From assembly GCA_963719445.1 (NCBI GenBank), contig OY970385.1:5249760-5313759 (forward strand): a stretch of 64,000 bases of DNA, in the 5' to 3' direction. The position numbers and the translations under genes were made by a program. This DNA comes from Bryobacterales bacterium. GTDB lineage: Bacteria > Acidobacteriota > Terriglobia > Bryobacterales > Bryobacteraceae. The notes below the pieces were generated by a model. That model had not been told where the DNA came from and did not search any database. It saw only the letters and a list, made by a program, of their open reading frames with translations. Positions 1 through 7,801 of the stretch are shown piece by piece. Position 1 is the stretch's first letter, and the number at the start of each line of letters is the position of its first letter.

Positions 1-578
1 AACGGGAGAATCGGTCGCGTGCGATCCAGGGCTTGTATCTGGCTCTTCTCGTCCACGCACAACACCAGAGCACGCTGCGGCGGATTCAGATACAGCCCCA
101 CGATGTCCCGGACCTTCTCCACGAAGAACGGATCGGCCGACAGTTTGAACGTCTCGACGCGGTGCGGTTGGAGCGCGAACGCCCGCCAGATACGGCTCAC
201 GGCGGATTGGGACATCCCGCAGGCCTCGGCCATGGACCGCGTCGACCAGTGCGTGCCCTGCGGTGGAACCGACTCCAACGTTCGGGTGATCAGCGCCTCC
301 ACCTGCGCATCGGAAATCCGGCGCGGAGCCCCGGGCCGCGGCTCATCCGCCAGCCCTTCCAAGCGGGCTTCGCGAAACCGCCCCCGCCACTTGCACACGG
401 TCTGGTCCGTGATGCGCAGCTGGCGTGCTACCTGGCGATTCTGCAGCCCCTCGGCGCAACCCAGTACGATGCGCGCCCGCAAGGCCAGCCGTTGCGCGGT
501 CTTCGGCCGGCGCGCCCACTGTTGCAGCTTCTGGCGTTCCTCCTCGGTCAGCACGATTGGCTCTGTCGGTCGGCCCAT
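1..578 (-). CDS. IS630-family transposase, N-terminal part (ORF runs off the window start)
   Basis: Absent from the ORF track because it is open at the window edge. Hand translation of the minus strand from ATG at 578-576 gives MGRPTEPIVLTEEERQKLQQWARRPKTAQRLALRARIVLGCAEGLQNRQVARQLRITDQTVCKWRGRFREARLEGLADEPRPGAPRRISD...LCVDEKSQIQALDR. The double-HTH N-terminus followed by the start of a DDE domain is typical of IS630/Tc1-like transposases. Confidence 0.8.
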   Translation of the reverse strand, partial: MGRPTEPIVLTEEERQKLQQWARRPKTAQRLALRARIVLGCAEGLQNRQVARQLRITDQTVCKWRGRFREARLEGLADEPRPGAPRRISDAQVEALITRTLESVPPQGTHWSTRSMAEACGMSQSAVSRIWRAFALQPHRVETFKLSADPFFVEKVRDIVGLYLNPPQRALVLCVDEKSQIQALDRTRPILP

Positions 579-643
579 GCTGGTTGGATTCCCAGCATAG
601 CAGAGGGGTTTCCACTATTTATGTGAACTTCTGCCTCAGGACA

Positions 644-2162
644 CTAGCAGCCTGTGGTTAAACTCCCCGGCCGTTGGATGCGGTCGGCTCTGGTCGATAA
701 AACATAAATACACTAAAATGTTTTTATGGCCATGGGCACCCGCAGACACCGGCAGCGCCAGGAAGAGCTCTGGATCACCCATGCCGAGCTGGCCACCGCG
801 CCCGGCCATCCGTTCTACGAGCGCGTGAACGAGCTGCTGGACGCCGAGAAGTTCGACGAGTTCGCCGAGAAGGAGTGCAGCGGCTTCTATGCGGAGAACA
901 ATGGACGCCCCTCGCTGACGCCGGGAACATATTTCCGCCTGCTGATGGTTGGCTACTTCGAGGGACTCGACTCCGAGCGCGGGATTGCCTGGCGCGCCGC
1001 CGACTCGCTGGCGCTGCGCCAGTTCTTGCGGATCGGCTTGGATGAGCAAACCCCCAATCATTCGACCATCTCGCGAACCCGGCGGCTGATCGATGTGGAG
1101 ACGCACCGCAAGGTGTTCCTGTGGGTGCTGGGAGTGCTGGCGGATCGCGGTTTGCTGAAAGGCCGGACGGTGGGCGTGGATGCCACCACGCTGGAGGCCA
1201 ACGCGGCCCTGCGCTCGATCGTGCGGCGCGACAACGGCGCCAGCTACGACGAATTCCTGACTGGGTTGGCGCAGCAATCCGGCATCGAGACTCCGACCCG
1301 GGAGGATCTGGCGCGCGTGGACCGCCAGCGCAAGAAGAAAGGTTCGAATCAGGAATGGGTGAGCCCGTCGGATCCGGATGCGCGCATCACGAAGATGAAG
1401 GACGGGACCACGCATCTGGCACACAAGGCCGAGCACGCGGTGGATATGGAGAGTGGGGCAGTGATCGCGGTAACCTTGCAGCCGGCCAACCAGGGCGATA
1501 CCACAACCATCCGGGAAACCCTGGGTGAGGCGGGTGAGACGGTTGCGCACCTGATCGAGCGGGAAGCCGAGAAGACGACGAAGGAAGAGCCTCAGGTCAA
1601 TGCCCAGGGCATTGAAGAGGTGGTTGCCGACAAGGGGTACCACAGCGGCAGCGCGGTGCAGGCCATCGCGGAGGTGCCGACCCGAACCTACATCCCGGAG
1701 CCGAAGCGGAAACGGCGTAAGTGGGCGGGCAAGGCGGCCGAACAGAAAGCGGTCTACGATAATCGACGGCGGGTCGGCGGCATTTATGGCAAGCGGCTTC
1801 TGAAGAAGCGCGGGGAACTGATCGAGCGGTCCTTTGCGCACTGTTACGAAACCGGCGGAATGCGGCGGCTGCATCTGCGAGGGCGCGAAAATGTTTTGAA
1901 GCGCCAGTTGATCCACGTGGGTGCGTTCAATCTGAGTCTGATTCTGCGGCGCAACTTGGGCGCGGGAACGCCAAGGGAGCTCCATAACCGCCAGGAGGAG
2001 CTCATTCTCGCGATTCTATGCCTCTGCGCCACCTTGGAAATAACGGCCAGTTCTCCGCGGTGCCTTTCTACCGCTTCACCATCCCAAAGGCGGCGGAACC
2101 GGCGCCCACCCGCTCACCCTTGCCGCAGCCGAATTTCGGGGGGTTGCGCCACAGGCTGCTAG
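644..2162 (+). mobile_element. IS5/IS1182-like insertion sequence, copy A (1519 bp including both flanking or terminal CTAG)
   Basis: Terminal inverted repeat CTAGCAGCCTGTGG (644-657) pairs with CCACAGGCTGCTAG (2149-2162). One transposase ORF. A second copy at 3625-5134 appears identical apart from a 9-bp indel. Confidence 0.85.
726..2162 (+). CDS. IS5/IS1182-family DDE transposase (478 aa)
   Basis: InsH/DUF772-like N-terminus (GRPSLTPGTYFRLLMVGYFEGLDSERGIAWRAADSLALRQFL...TPNHSTISRTRR). DDE region (VGVDATTLEANAA, VVADKGYHSG, ERSFAHCYETGGMRRLHLRGRENVLKRQLIHVGAFNLSLILR). Confidence 0.85.
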   Translation: MAMGTRRHRQRQEELWITHAELATAPGHPFYERVNELLDAEKFDEFAEKECSGFYAENNGRPSLTPGTYFRLLMVGYFEGLDSERGIAWRAADSLALRQFLRIGLDEQTPNHSTISRTRRLIDVETHRKVFLWVLGVLADRGLLKGRTVGVDATTLEANAALRSIVRRDNGASYDEFLTGLAQQSGIETPTREDLARVDRQRKKKGSNQEWVSPSDPDARITKMKDGTTHLAHKAEHAVDMESGAVIAVTLQPANQGDTTTIRETLGEAGETVAHLIEREAEKTTKEEPQVNAQGIEEVVADKGYHSGSAVQAIAEVPTRTYIPEPKRKRRKWAGKAAEQKAVYDNRRRVGGIYGKRLLKKRGELIERSFAHCYETGGMRRLHLRGRENVLKRQLIHVGAFNLSLILRRNLGAGTPRELHNRQEELILAILCLCATLEITASSPRCLSTASPSQRRRNRRPPAHPCRSRISGGCATGC

Positions 2163-3628
2163 TACTACTGTGTTACAAACGTCGCGACCCACAAAACGGG
2201 CAGCAAGGAAGCTGCGCCAGAAGGCGTCGGGCAATCGTGATGCGTAGGGTGGTGATGGAGGTCCGACTATGCCGCTCGGGACGGACGCGAGCCGCGCGGG
2301 CGGAAGTCTGGCGGGAAGTGGGGCGTTGATAGTCCGAGATGACCGGCGCGTGCCGAGGGGGAAAAACGGTTCCGCTCGGCCACCAGGAACCCATATGCGG
2401 CAAGGCAAAGCGTGGCATGGTGATGAAAGCCTCTCCAGCCGCGCCCCTCGAAGTGGCCCAACCCCAATTCCTGTTTCAGTTCCTGGTAGTCGCGCTCAAT
2501 GATCCAGCGGTGCTTGGCCAGGCGCACCAACTCGGTCAAGGAAGTGTCAGCCGGCAGCGTCGAAAGCCAATACTTGGTGGGCTGCTCCTCCCCTTTGGGC
2601 CATTCCATCAGCAGCCACTCCTCGGCGTGCGGCTCACTGCGCCAGTAGTCCCGATGCGCGGGGCGGACACGGATCGCCGCAAACCGGGACCGCAGTTTCT
2701 GTTTCACTCCCTGCCGCCACCTCACCGTTTTCCAGTACTCGGCGGGCAGCGACAACGCCAGTTGTTTGACCGAGACCGGTTGGTGTTCTGGATCGCGTCG
2801 CAACAGCTTTGGCGGGCGACCCGTGCCGCGACGGCGGGGTGCCAGCTTGGGTTCTTTGCCCGGTTCCCAGACGGTCAGCGTGCTCTGGATTCCCACGACA
2901 TAGCGCAACTCCAGTTTCGTCAACTCCGTGCGGAATCCGCTGTCGGTCCCATATCCAGCGTCGGCCAGCACCACTCCTTCGGGAATGCCCCGCGCGCGTG
3001 CCTGACGAATCTGCGCCAGCGCGATTTCGGGCTTGGTTCGGAACGAAATGTCAGCAGGCACTCCCGCTCTGTCCCGCCGCTCGCTGTCGTTGGCCCAAGT
3101 CTCGGGCAGATACAGGCGGAAGGCGACCGGCATACTCGAGGTCTCGGTCGTCATGGAAAGGCTGACCGCCACCCGGCAGTTCTCCTGCTTGCCGATCTGG
3201 CCACAGTACTGGCGTGCCACCCCGACCGAATGCTGGCCTTTCTTGGGAAAGCCGGTGTCGTCTACCACCCAGGCGACTACCGGACCGCGTGCCAGCATGG
3301 CGGGCAAGACGAAATCCAGGCTCCGATCCAGCACGGCCTCGTCGCTCCAGGGAGCATCCGCCACCAGGTGGTGTAAGGACTGATGCATCCGGCGGACATT
3401 CTGGGGCGCCAGTCGCGCCGCCATCGGTTCGACGCTCTTCCGCTCACCAGGCAACAGCAAGCCGGTGCAATAGGAGCGCAAAGGGATACTACGATCGGCG
3501 TGCCCTGCGGCCTGCGCCAAGCCATCCAGATAGGCCGCAAAGCGTTTGTGCTGTGGGCTTGGCGCTGCGTCGGTTCCCACAAAACAATTCTACACTAAAC
3601 TGTTCTGTTTGTAACACAGTAGTACTAG
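2159..3628 (-). mobile_element. IS701-like (IS4 superfamily) insertion sequence
   Basis: Perfect 18-bp terminal inverted repeats TACTACTGTGTTACAAAC (2163-2180) and GTTTGTAACACAGTAGTA (3607-3624), 22 bp if the flanking CTAG is counted. Single transposase ORF on the minus strand. Confidence 0.8.
2267..3580 (-). CDS. IS701-family DDE transposase (437 aa, GTG start)
   Basis: N-terminus RFAAYLDGLAQAAGHADRSIPLRSYCTGLLLPGERKSVEPMAARL...APWSDEAVL. DDE core (VVDDTGFPKKGQHSVGVARQYCG, VLADAGYG). C-terminal HRWIIERDYQELKQELGLGHFEGRGWRGFHHHATLCLAAYGFL, characteristic of IS701-type transposases. Confidence 0.85.
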   Translation of the reverse strand: MGTDAAPSPQHKRFAAYLDGLAQAAGHADRSIPLRSYCTGLLLPGERKSVEPMAARLAPQNVRRMHQSLHHLVADAPWSDEAVLDRSLDFVLPAMLARGPVVAWVVDDTGFPKKGQHSVGVARQYCGQIGKQENCRVAVSLSMTTETSSMPVAFRLYLPETWANDSERRDRAGVPADISFRTKPEIALAQIRQARARGIPEGVVLADAGYGTDSGFRTELTKLELRYVVGIQSTLTVWEPGKEPKLAPRRRGTGRPPKLLRRDPEHQPVSVKQLALSLPAEYWKTVRWRQGVKQKLRSRFAAIRVRPAHRDYWRSEPHAEEWLLMEWPKGEEQPTKYWLSTLPADTSLTELVRLAKHRWIIERDYQELKQELGLGHFEGRGWRGFHHHATLCLAAYGFLVAERNRFSPSARAGHLGLSTPHFPPDFRPRGSRPSRAA

Positions 3629-5134
3629 CAGCCTGTGGTTAAACTCCCCGGCCGTTGGATGCGGTCGGCTCTGGTCGATAAAACATAAATACACTAAAAT
3701 GTTTTTATGGCCATGGGCACCCGCAGACACCGGCAGCGCCAGGAAGAGCTCTGGATCACCCATGCCGAGCTGGCCACCGCGCCCGGCCATCCGTTCTACG
3801 AGCGCGTGAACGAGCTGCTGGACGCCGAGAAGTTCGCCGAGAAGGAGTGCAGCGGCTTCTATGCGGAGAACAATGGACGCCCCTCGCTGACGCCGGGAAC
3901 ATATTTCCGCCTGCTGATGGTTGGCTACTTCGAGGGACTCGACTCCGAGCGCGGGATTGCCTGGCGCGCCGCCGACTCGCTGGCGCTGCGCCAGTTCTTG
4001 CGGATCGGCTTGGATGAGCAAACCCCCAATCATTCGACCATCTCGCGAACCCGGCGGCTGATCGATGTGGAGACGCACCGCAAGGTGTTCCTGTGGGTGC
4101 TGGGAGTGCTGGCGGATCGCGGTTTGCTGAAAGGCCGGACGGTGGGCGTGGATGCCACCACGCTGGAGGCCAACGCGGCCCTGCGCTCGATCGTGCGGCG
4201 CGACAACGGCGCCAGCTACGACGAATTCCTGACTGGGTTGGCGCAGCAATCCGGCATCGAGACTCCGACCCGGGAGGATCTGGCGCGCGTGGACCGCCAG
4301 CGCAAGAAGAAAGGTTCGAATCAGGAATGGGTGAGCCCGTCGGATCCGGATGCGCGCATCACGAAGATGAAGGACGGGACCACGCATCTGGCACACAAGG
4401 CCGAGCACGCGGTGGATATGGAGAGTGGGGCAGTGATCGCGGTAACCTTGCAGCCGGCCAACCAGGGCGATACCACAACCATCCGGGAAACCCTGGGTGA
4501 GGCGGGTGAGACGGTTGCGCACCTGATCGAGCGGGAAGCCGAGAAGACGACGAAGGAAGAGCCTCAGGTCAATGCCCAGGGCATTGAAGAGGTGGTTGCC
4601 GACAAGGGGTACCACAGCGGCAGCGCGGTGCAGGCCATCGCGGAGGTGCCGACCCGAACCTACATCCCGGAGCCGAAGCGGAAACGGCGTAAGTGGGCGG
4701 GCAAGGCGGCCGAACAGAAAGCGGTCTACGATAATCGACGGCGGGTCGGCGGCATTTATGGCAAGCGGCTTCTGAAGAAGCGCGGGGAACTGATCGAGCG
4801 GTCCTTTGCGCACTGTTACGAAACCGGCGGAATGCGGCGGCTGCATCTGCGAGGGCGCGAAAATGTTTTGAAGCGCCAGTTGATCCACGTGGGTGCGTTC
4901 AATCTGAGTCTGATTCTGCGGCGCAACTTGGGCGCGGGAACGCCAAGGGAGCTCCATAACCGCCAGGAGGAGCTCATTCTCGCGATTCTATGCCTCTGCG
5001 CCACCTTGGAAATAACGGCCAGTTCTCCGCGGTGCCTTTCTACCGCTTCACCATCCCAAAGGCGGCGGAACCGGCGCCCACCCGCTCACCCTTGCCGCAG
5101 CCGAATTTCGGGGGGTTGCGCCACAGGCTGCTAG
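3625..5134 (+). mobile_element. IS5/IS1182-like insertion sequence, copy B (1510 bp)
   Basis: Same ends and ORF as copy A. The ORF starts 82 nt from the left end in both copies. It differs by a 9-bp in-frame deletion (EKFDEFAEKE in A, EKFAEKE in B). Confidence 0.85.
3707..5134 (+). CDS. IS5/IS1182-family DDE transposase (475 aa)
   Basis: Protein identical to the copy A transposase except for the missing DEF tripeptide. Confidence 0.85.
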   Translation: MAMGTRRHRQRQEELWITHAELATAPGHPFYERVNELLDAEKFAEKECSGFYAENNGRPSLTPGTYFRLLMVGYFEGLDSERGIAWRAADSLALRQFLRIGLDEQTPNHSTISRTRRLIDVETHRKVFLWVLGVLADRGLLKGRTVGVDATTLEANAALRSIVRRDNGASYDEFLTGLAQQSGIETPTREDLARVDRQRKKKGSNQEWVSPSDPDARITKMKDGTTHLAHKAEHAVDMESGAVIAVTLQPANQGDTTTIRETLGEAGETVAHLIEREAEKTTKEEPQVNAQGIEEVVADKGYHSGSAVQAIAEVPTRTYIPEPKRKRRKWAGKAAEQKAVYDNRRRVGGIYGKRLLKKRGELIERSFAHCYETGGMRRLHLRGRENVLKRQLIHVGAFNLSLILRRNLGAGTPRELHNRQEELILAILCLCATLEITASSPRCLSTASPSQRRRNRRPPAHPCRSRISGGCATGC

Positions 5135-5386
5135 GGGTGGGTAGACGATTTGACTGCTCGGATTGGTCCTCGGGGCGGCTCTTTCGGCCTCGCCCCTGAC
5201 GCACCCTGCCGGACCGTAACTGAATTGTTGATCTTCTGCTATGCTGTAACCGAAGGTGCTAGGGACGTACAGGATAAGAGCGCGGAGCCTCGAGATCCCC
5301 AACCGCTGGATCCTGCCGCGACGTGACGGAAGCTGCGGGCGATCGCCCCTTTCTGGTATCTTCATCTCAGCGAAGGATTTCGGGCC

Positions 5387-6133
5387 ATGAGCGCTCTCGA
5401 CCAACCCACCCAACACCCCGACGAAACGAAGCGGCGGATGCGAATCCTCGTCATCGAGGACGAGAAGCGCATCGGCGAGTTTGTCGCCCGCGGTCTGGAG
5501 AGTGCGGGCTATACGGTCGAATCGGCGGAAGATGGCGCCAGCGGCCTCGAGCGCGTGCACGCCACCGACTACGATCTCATCGTCCTCGATTTGATGCTCC
5601 CCGATATGGACGGGTTGAAGGTTCTGGAGAAGATCCGAAACCGCAATGCCAGTCCGCCGGTGCTGATCCTGAGCGCGCTCGGCGCCGTGGACGATCGTGT
5701 AAAGGGATTGGAGCGAGGCGCCGACGATTATCTTGGCAAGCCCTTCTCGTTCACGGAACTGCTGGCGCGGGTACGGGCTTTGCTGCGGCGGGGACAGCCC
5801 ACTCCCGAACGGCTGCAAGTCGGCGATCTGACCTTGGACTGCATCCGCCGCAAGGTGACTCGGGCCGGTGAGCCGATCGATCTTGCTCCCAAGGAGTTCA
5901 GTATCCTCGAGTACTTGATGCGAAATCGCGGGCGTCCCTTGAGCCGCACGATGATCGTCGAGCACGTCTGGGATATGGATTACGACGGGCTGACGAACAT
6001 CGTCGACGTCTACATCCGCCATCTGCGCAGCAAGGTGGATGACCGCTGGCCGCAAAAGCTGATTCACACCGTGCGCGGCGTCGGCTACATGATCGAGGCG
6101 GCTGAGAAGGACACGGAGTCGCAGACCGGTTGA
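5387..6133 (+). CDS. OmpR/PhoB-family response regulator
   Basis: Receiver domain (MRILVIEDE...DLIVLDLMLPDMDG...GADDYLGKPF) plus winged-helix output domain (LTLDCIRRKVTRAGEPIDLAPKEFSILEYLM...TVRGVGY). The true start may be the internal MRILV at 5438. Confidence 0.9.
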   Translation: MSALDQPTQHPDETKRRMRILVIEDEKRIGEFVARGLESAGYTVESAEDGASGLERVHATDYDLIVLDLMLPDMDGLKVLEKIRNRNASPPVLILSALGAVDDRVKGLERGADDYLGKPFSFTELLARVRALLRRGQPTPERLQVGDLTLDCIRRKVTRAGEPIDLAPKEFSILEYLMRNRGRPLSRTMIVEHVWDMDYDGLTNIVDVYIRHLRSKVDDRWPQKLIHTVRGVGYMIEAAEKDTESQTG

Positions 6134-6194
6134 CGGCCCTCGCCGGCGCGCAAGCGACCCCGCCGGTTAGGCGTTCAGTTTATCCCGAGTTGCC

Positions 6195-6602
6195 ATGGCC
6201 TTGGAAATCAAGCAGAGAGAACGGGAAGGGATCGCCATCCTCGATCTGAGGGGCCGGATCACGGTGGGCGAGGAGGCGGGCGTGCTGAGGGATGCGTTCA
6301 GCGGGCTGCCCGGAGCCGCAAACGTCATCCTCAACCTGCGCGACGTGGAGTCCATCGATAGCACCGGCTTGGGAGCCCTGGTCCTGGGCTTCACATCGCT
6401 CCGCAAGCGGGGTGGACGGCTGAAACTCGAGAACCTCAGCCGGCGGAACATCGAGCTGCTGGTCTTCACCAAGCTCACCACCGTCTTCGAGATCTTCAAC
6501 GAGGAGCAGGACGCCGTCAACAGCTTCTTCCCCGACCGCGCGATCAAGCGCTTCGACATCCTCAGCTTCGTCAAGGAGCAGGTGGAGCAGGATGGGCTGT
6601 AA
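6195..6602 (+). CDS. STAS-domain anti-sigma-factor antagonist (SpoIIAA-like)
   Basis: GIAILDLRGRITVGEEAGVLRD...LNLRDVESIDSTGLGALV matches the STAS fold, including the conserved phosphorylatable DSTG segment. Confidence 0.8.
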   Translation: MALEIKQREREGIAILDLRGRITVGEEAGVLRDAFSGLPGAANVILNLRDVESIDSTGLGALVLGFTSLRKRGGRLKLENLSRRNIELLVFTKLTTVFEIFNEEQDAVNSFFPDRAIKRFDILSFVKEQVEQDGL

Positions 6603-6671
6603 GGGCCGGCTGGATCGACGAGCGGCGAGCAGCTTCACCAACCACGCGCGGGCGCGCTAGTCTGGAAGTAG

Positions 6672-7166
6672 ATGGCTTTCTGGAACCGGAAGCGAATGGT
6701 CGGGGTGGGGGACCGCGCGCCTGAGTTTGAATTGCCGGACCTCGGAGAGGCCAGGCACAAGCTCGGCGAGATCCTGGCGCGTGGCCCGGCGCTCCTCGCG
6801 TTCTTCAAGGTGTCCTGCCCGGTGTGCCAGTACACCCTTCCGTTTCTCGAACGCCTGCACCAGGGCGCGAAACCGGGCGCCGTCCAGATCGTTGGAATTT
6901 CCCAGGACAAGGCGGGCGCGACTGCCGAGTTTTGCCGGGAGTACGGCATCACCTTCACAACTCTGCTGGACCACGCCGGCCGCTACCCGGTGAGCAACGC
7001 CTTCGCAATCTCCAGCGTGCCGTCGCTGTTCCTCATCGAACGGGACGGAACCATTTCGATCAGCCAGAGCGGGTTCTCGAAGCGGGATCTGGAGGCGGTC
7101 GGCGAGCGCGCGGGGGTCGCCCCATTCCGGCAGGACGAGCGCGTTCCGGAAAACCGGCCGGGCTGA
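6672..7166 (+). CDS. Thioredoxin-fold redoxin (AhpC/TSA or TlpA-like thiol-disulfide oxidoreductase)
   Basis: VGDRAPEFELPDL...ALLAFFKVSCPVCQYTLPFL...VGISQD...PSLFLIERDGTI. CPVC redox motif in a peroxiredoxin/TlpA-like context. Confidence 0.8.
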   Translation: MAFWNRKRMVGVGDRAPEFELPDLGEARHKLGEILARGPALLAFFKVSCPVCQYTLPFLERLHQGAKPGAVQIVGISQDKAGATAEFCREYGITFTTLLDHAGRYPVSNAFAISSVPSLFLIERDGTISISQSGFSKRDLEAVGERAGVAPFRQDERVPENRPG

Positions 7167-7202
7167 GGATCGAAGAACTGACTCCCGGGAGGAGTCGCGA
7201 GG

Positions 7203-7682
7203 ATGCCGAACATCGAAGAAGTGCTGGGCTCGGCGGCTGCCATCGCCAAGGGGATGGGTGTCACGCTCCAGGAGATGCTGTCGCCGACGGTGACCGAAAC
7301 CTATCCCGACGAGCCGCCCAAGTTCCAGGAGCGCTATCGCGGCGTCCACGTTCTCGAGCGCGATGAGAACGGGATGGAAAAGTGCGTCGCCTGTTTCCTG
7401 TGCGCGGCGGCGTGCCCCGCCAACTGCATCTACATCGAGGCCGCCGAGAATACCCAGACCGAGCGCATCAGCGGCGGTGAGCGCTACGCCAAGGTATACA
7501 ACATCGACTACTCGCGCTGCATTTTCTGCGGCTACTGCGTGGAGGCTTGCCCCACCGACGCCATCACCCACGGCCACGGCTTCGAGATCGCCGACTACAA
7601 CACCTCGTCGCTGATTTACCGCAAGGACCGGCTGCTGCGGCCCTTGCCGGCCCCGGAAGCCGGCACTGAACCACGCCCGTAA
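7203..7682 (+). CDS. nuoI: NADH-quinone oxidoreductase subunit I (2x[4Fe-4S] ferredoxin)
   Basis: TETYPDEPPKFQERYRGVHVL...EKCVACFLCAAACPANCIYIE...YNIDYSRCIFCGYCVEACPTDAI. Two CxxCxxCxxxCP motifs in the NuoI arrangement. Confidence 0.85.
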   Translation: MPNIEEVLGSAAAIAKGMGVTLQEMLSPTVTETYPDEPPKFQERYRGVHVLERDENGMEKCVACFLCAAACPANCIYIEAAENTQTERISGGERYAKVYNIDYSRCIFCGYCVEACPTDAITHGHGFEIADYNTSSLIYRKDRLLRPLPAPEAGTEPRP

Positions 7683-7689
7683 AGCTGTA

Positions 7690-7780
7690 AAAGAATTCGG
7701 GAGAATTCGGGGACACTCCGGGCTCCAACTACGAATGTTCGGCCTGCCAACAAGCGCAGGCGTGTCCCCGAATTCTTCTA
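7690..7780. repeat. Structured intergenic repeat, copy 1 (long hairpin element)
   Basis: A 15-bp stem AGAATTCGGGGACAC (7702-7716) / GTGTCCCCGAATTCT (7762-7776) encloses a 45-nt loop with an internal GCCTGC...GCAGGC hairpin. The core is about 85-90% identical by eye to 26702-26773. Confidence 0.6.
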
Positions 7781-7801
7781 CGGCTTCCCCGAGGAGCAGT
7801 C

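Noticed and set aside
636-1985. 449-aa minus-strand ORF inside IS copy A (and its twin at 3590-4957 in copy B)
   Set aside because: Antisense to a transposase with clear family motifs. It is duplicated only because the IS is duplicated, and there is no independent coding signal.
644-5134. The two IS copies as an assembly artefact
   Set aside because: The copies differ by a clean 9-bp in-frame indel and have different outer flanks, so they are distinct loci. Long-read confirmation is still advisable.
7164-7200. Possible selenocysteine read-through of the redoxin stop codon (..NRPG-TGA-GSKN-TGA) with a GACTCC-CGGGA-GGAGTC hairpin 13 nt downstream
   Set aside because: Read-through would add only 4 residues. 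The CPVC redox centre is already complete with Cys. The hairpin contains the GGAGGAG Shine-Dalgarno sequence of nuoI and is more simply explained as that. No sel genes are in the window. Still worth a bSECIS scan if selA/selB/selD exist in the genome.
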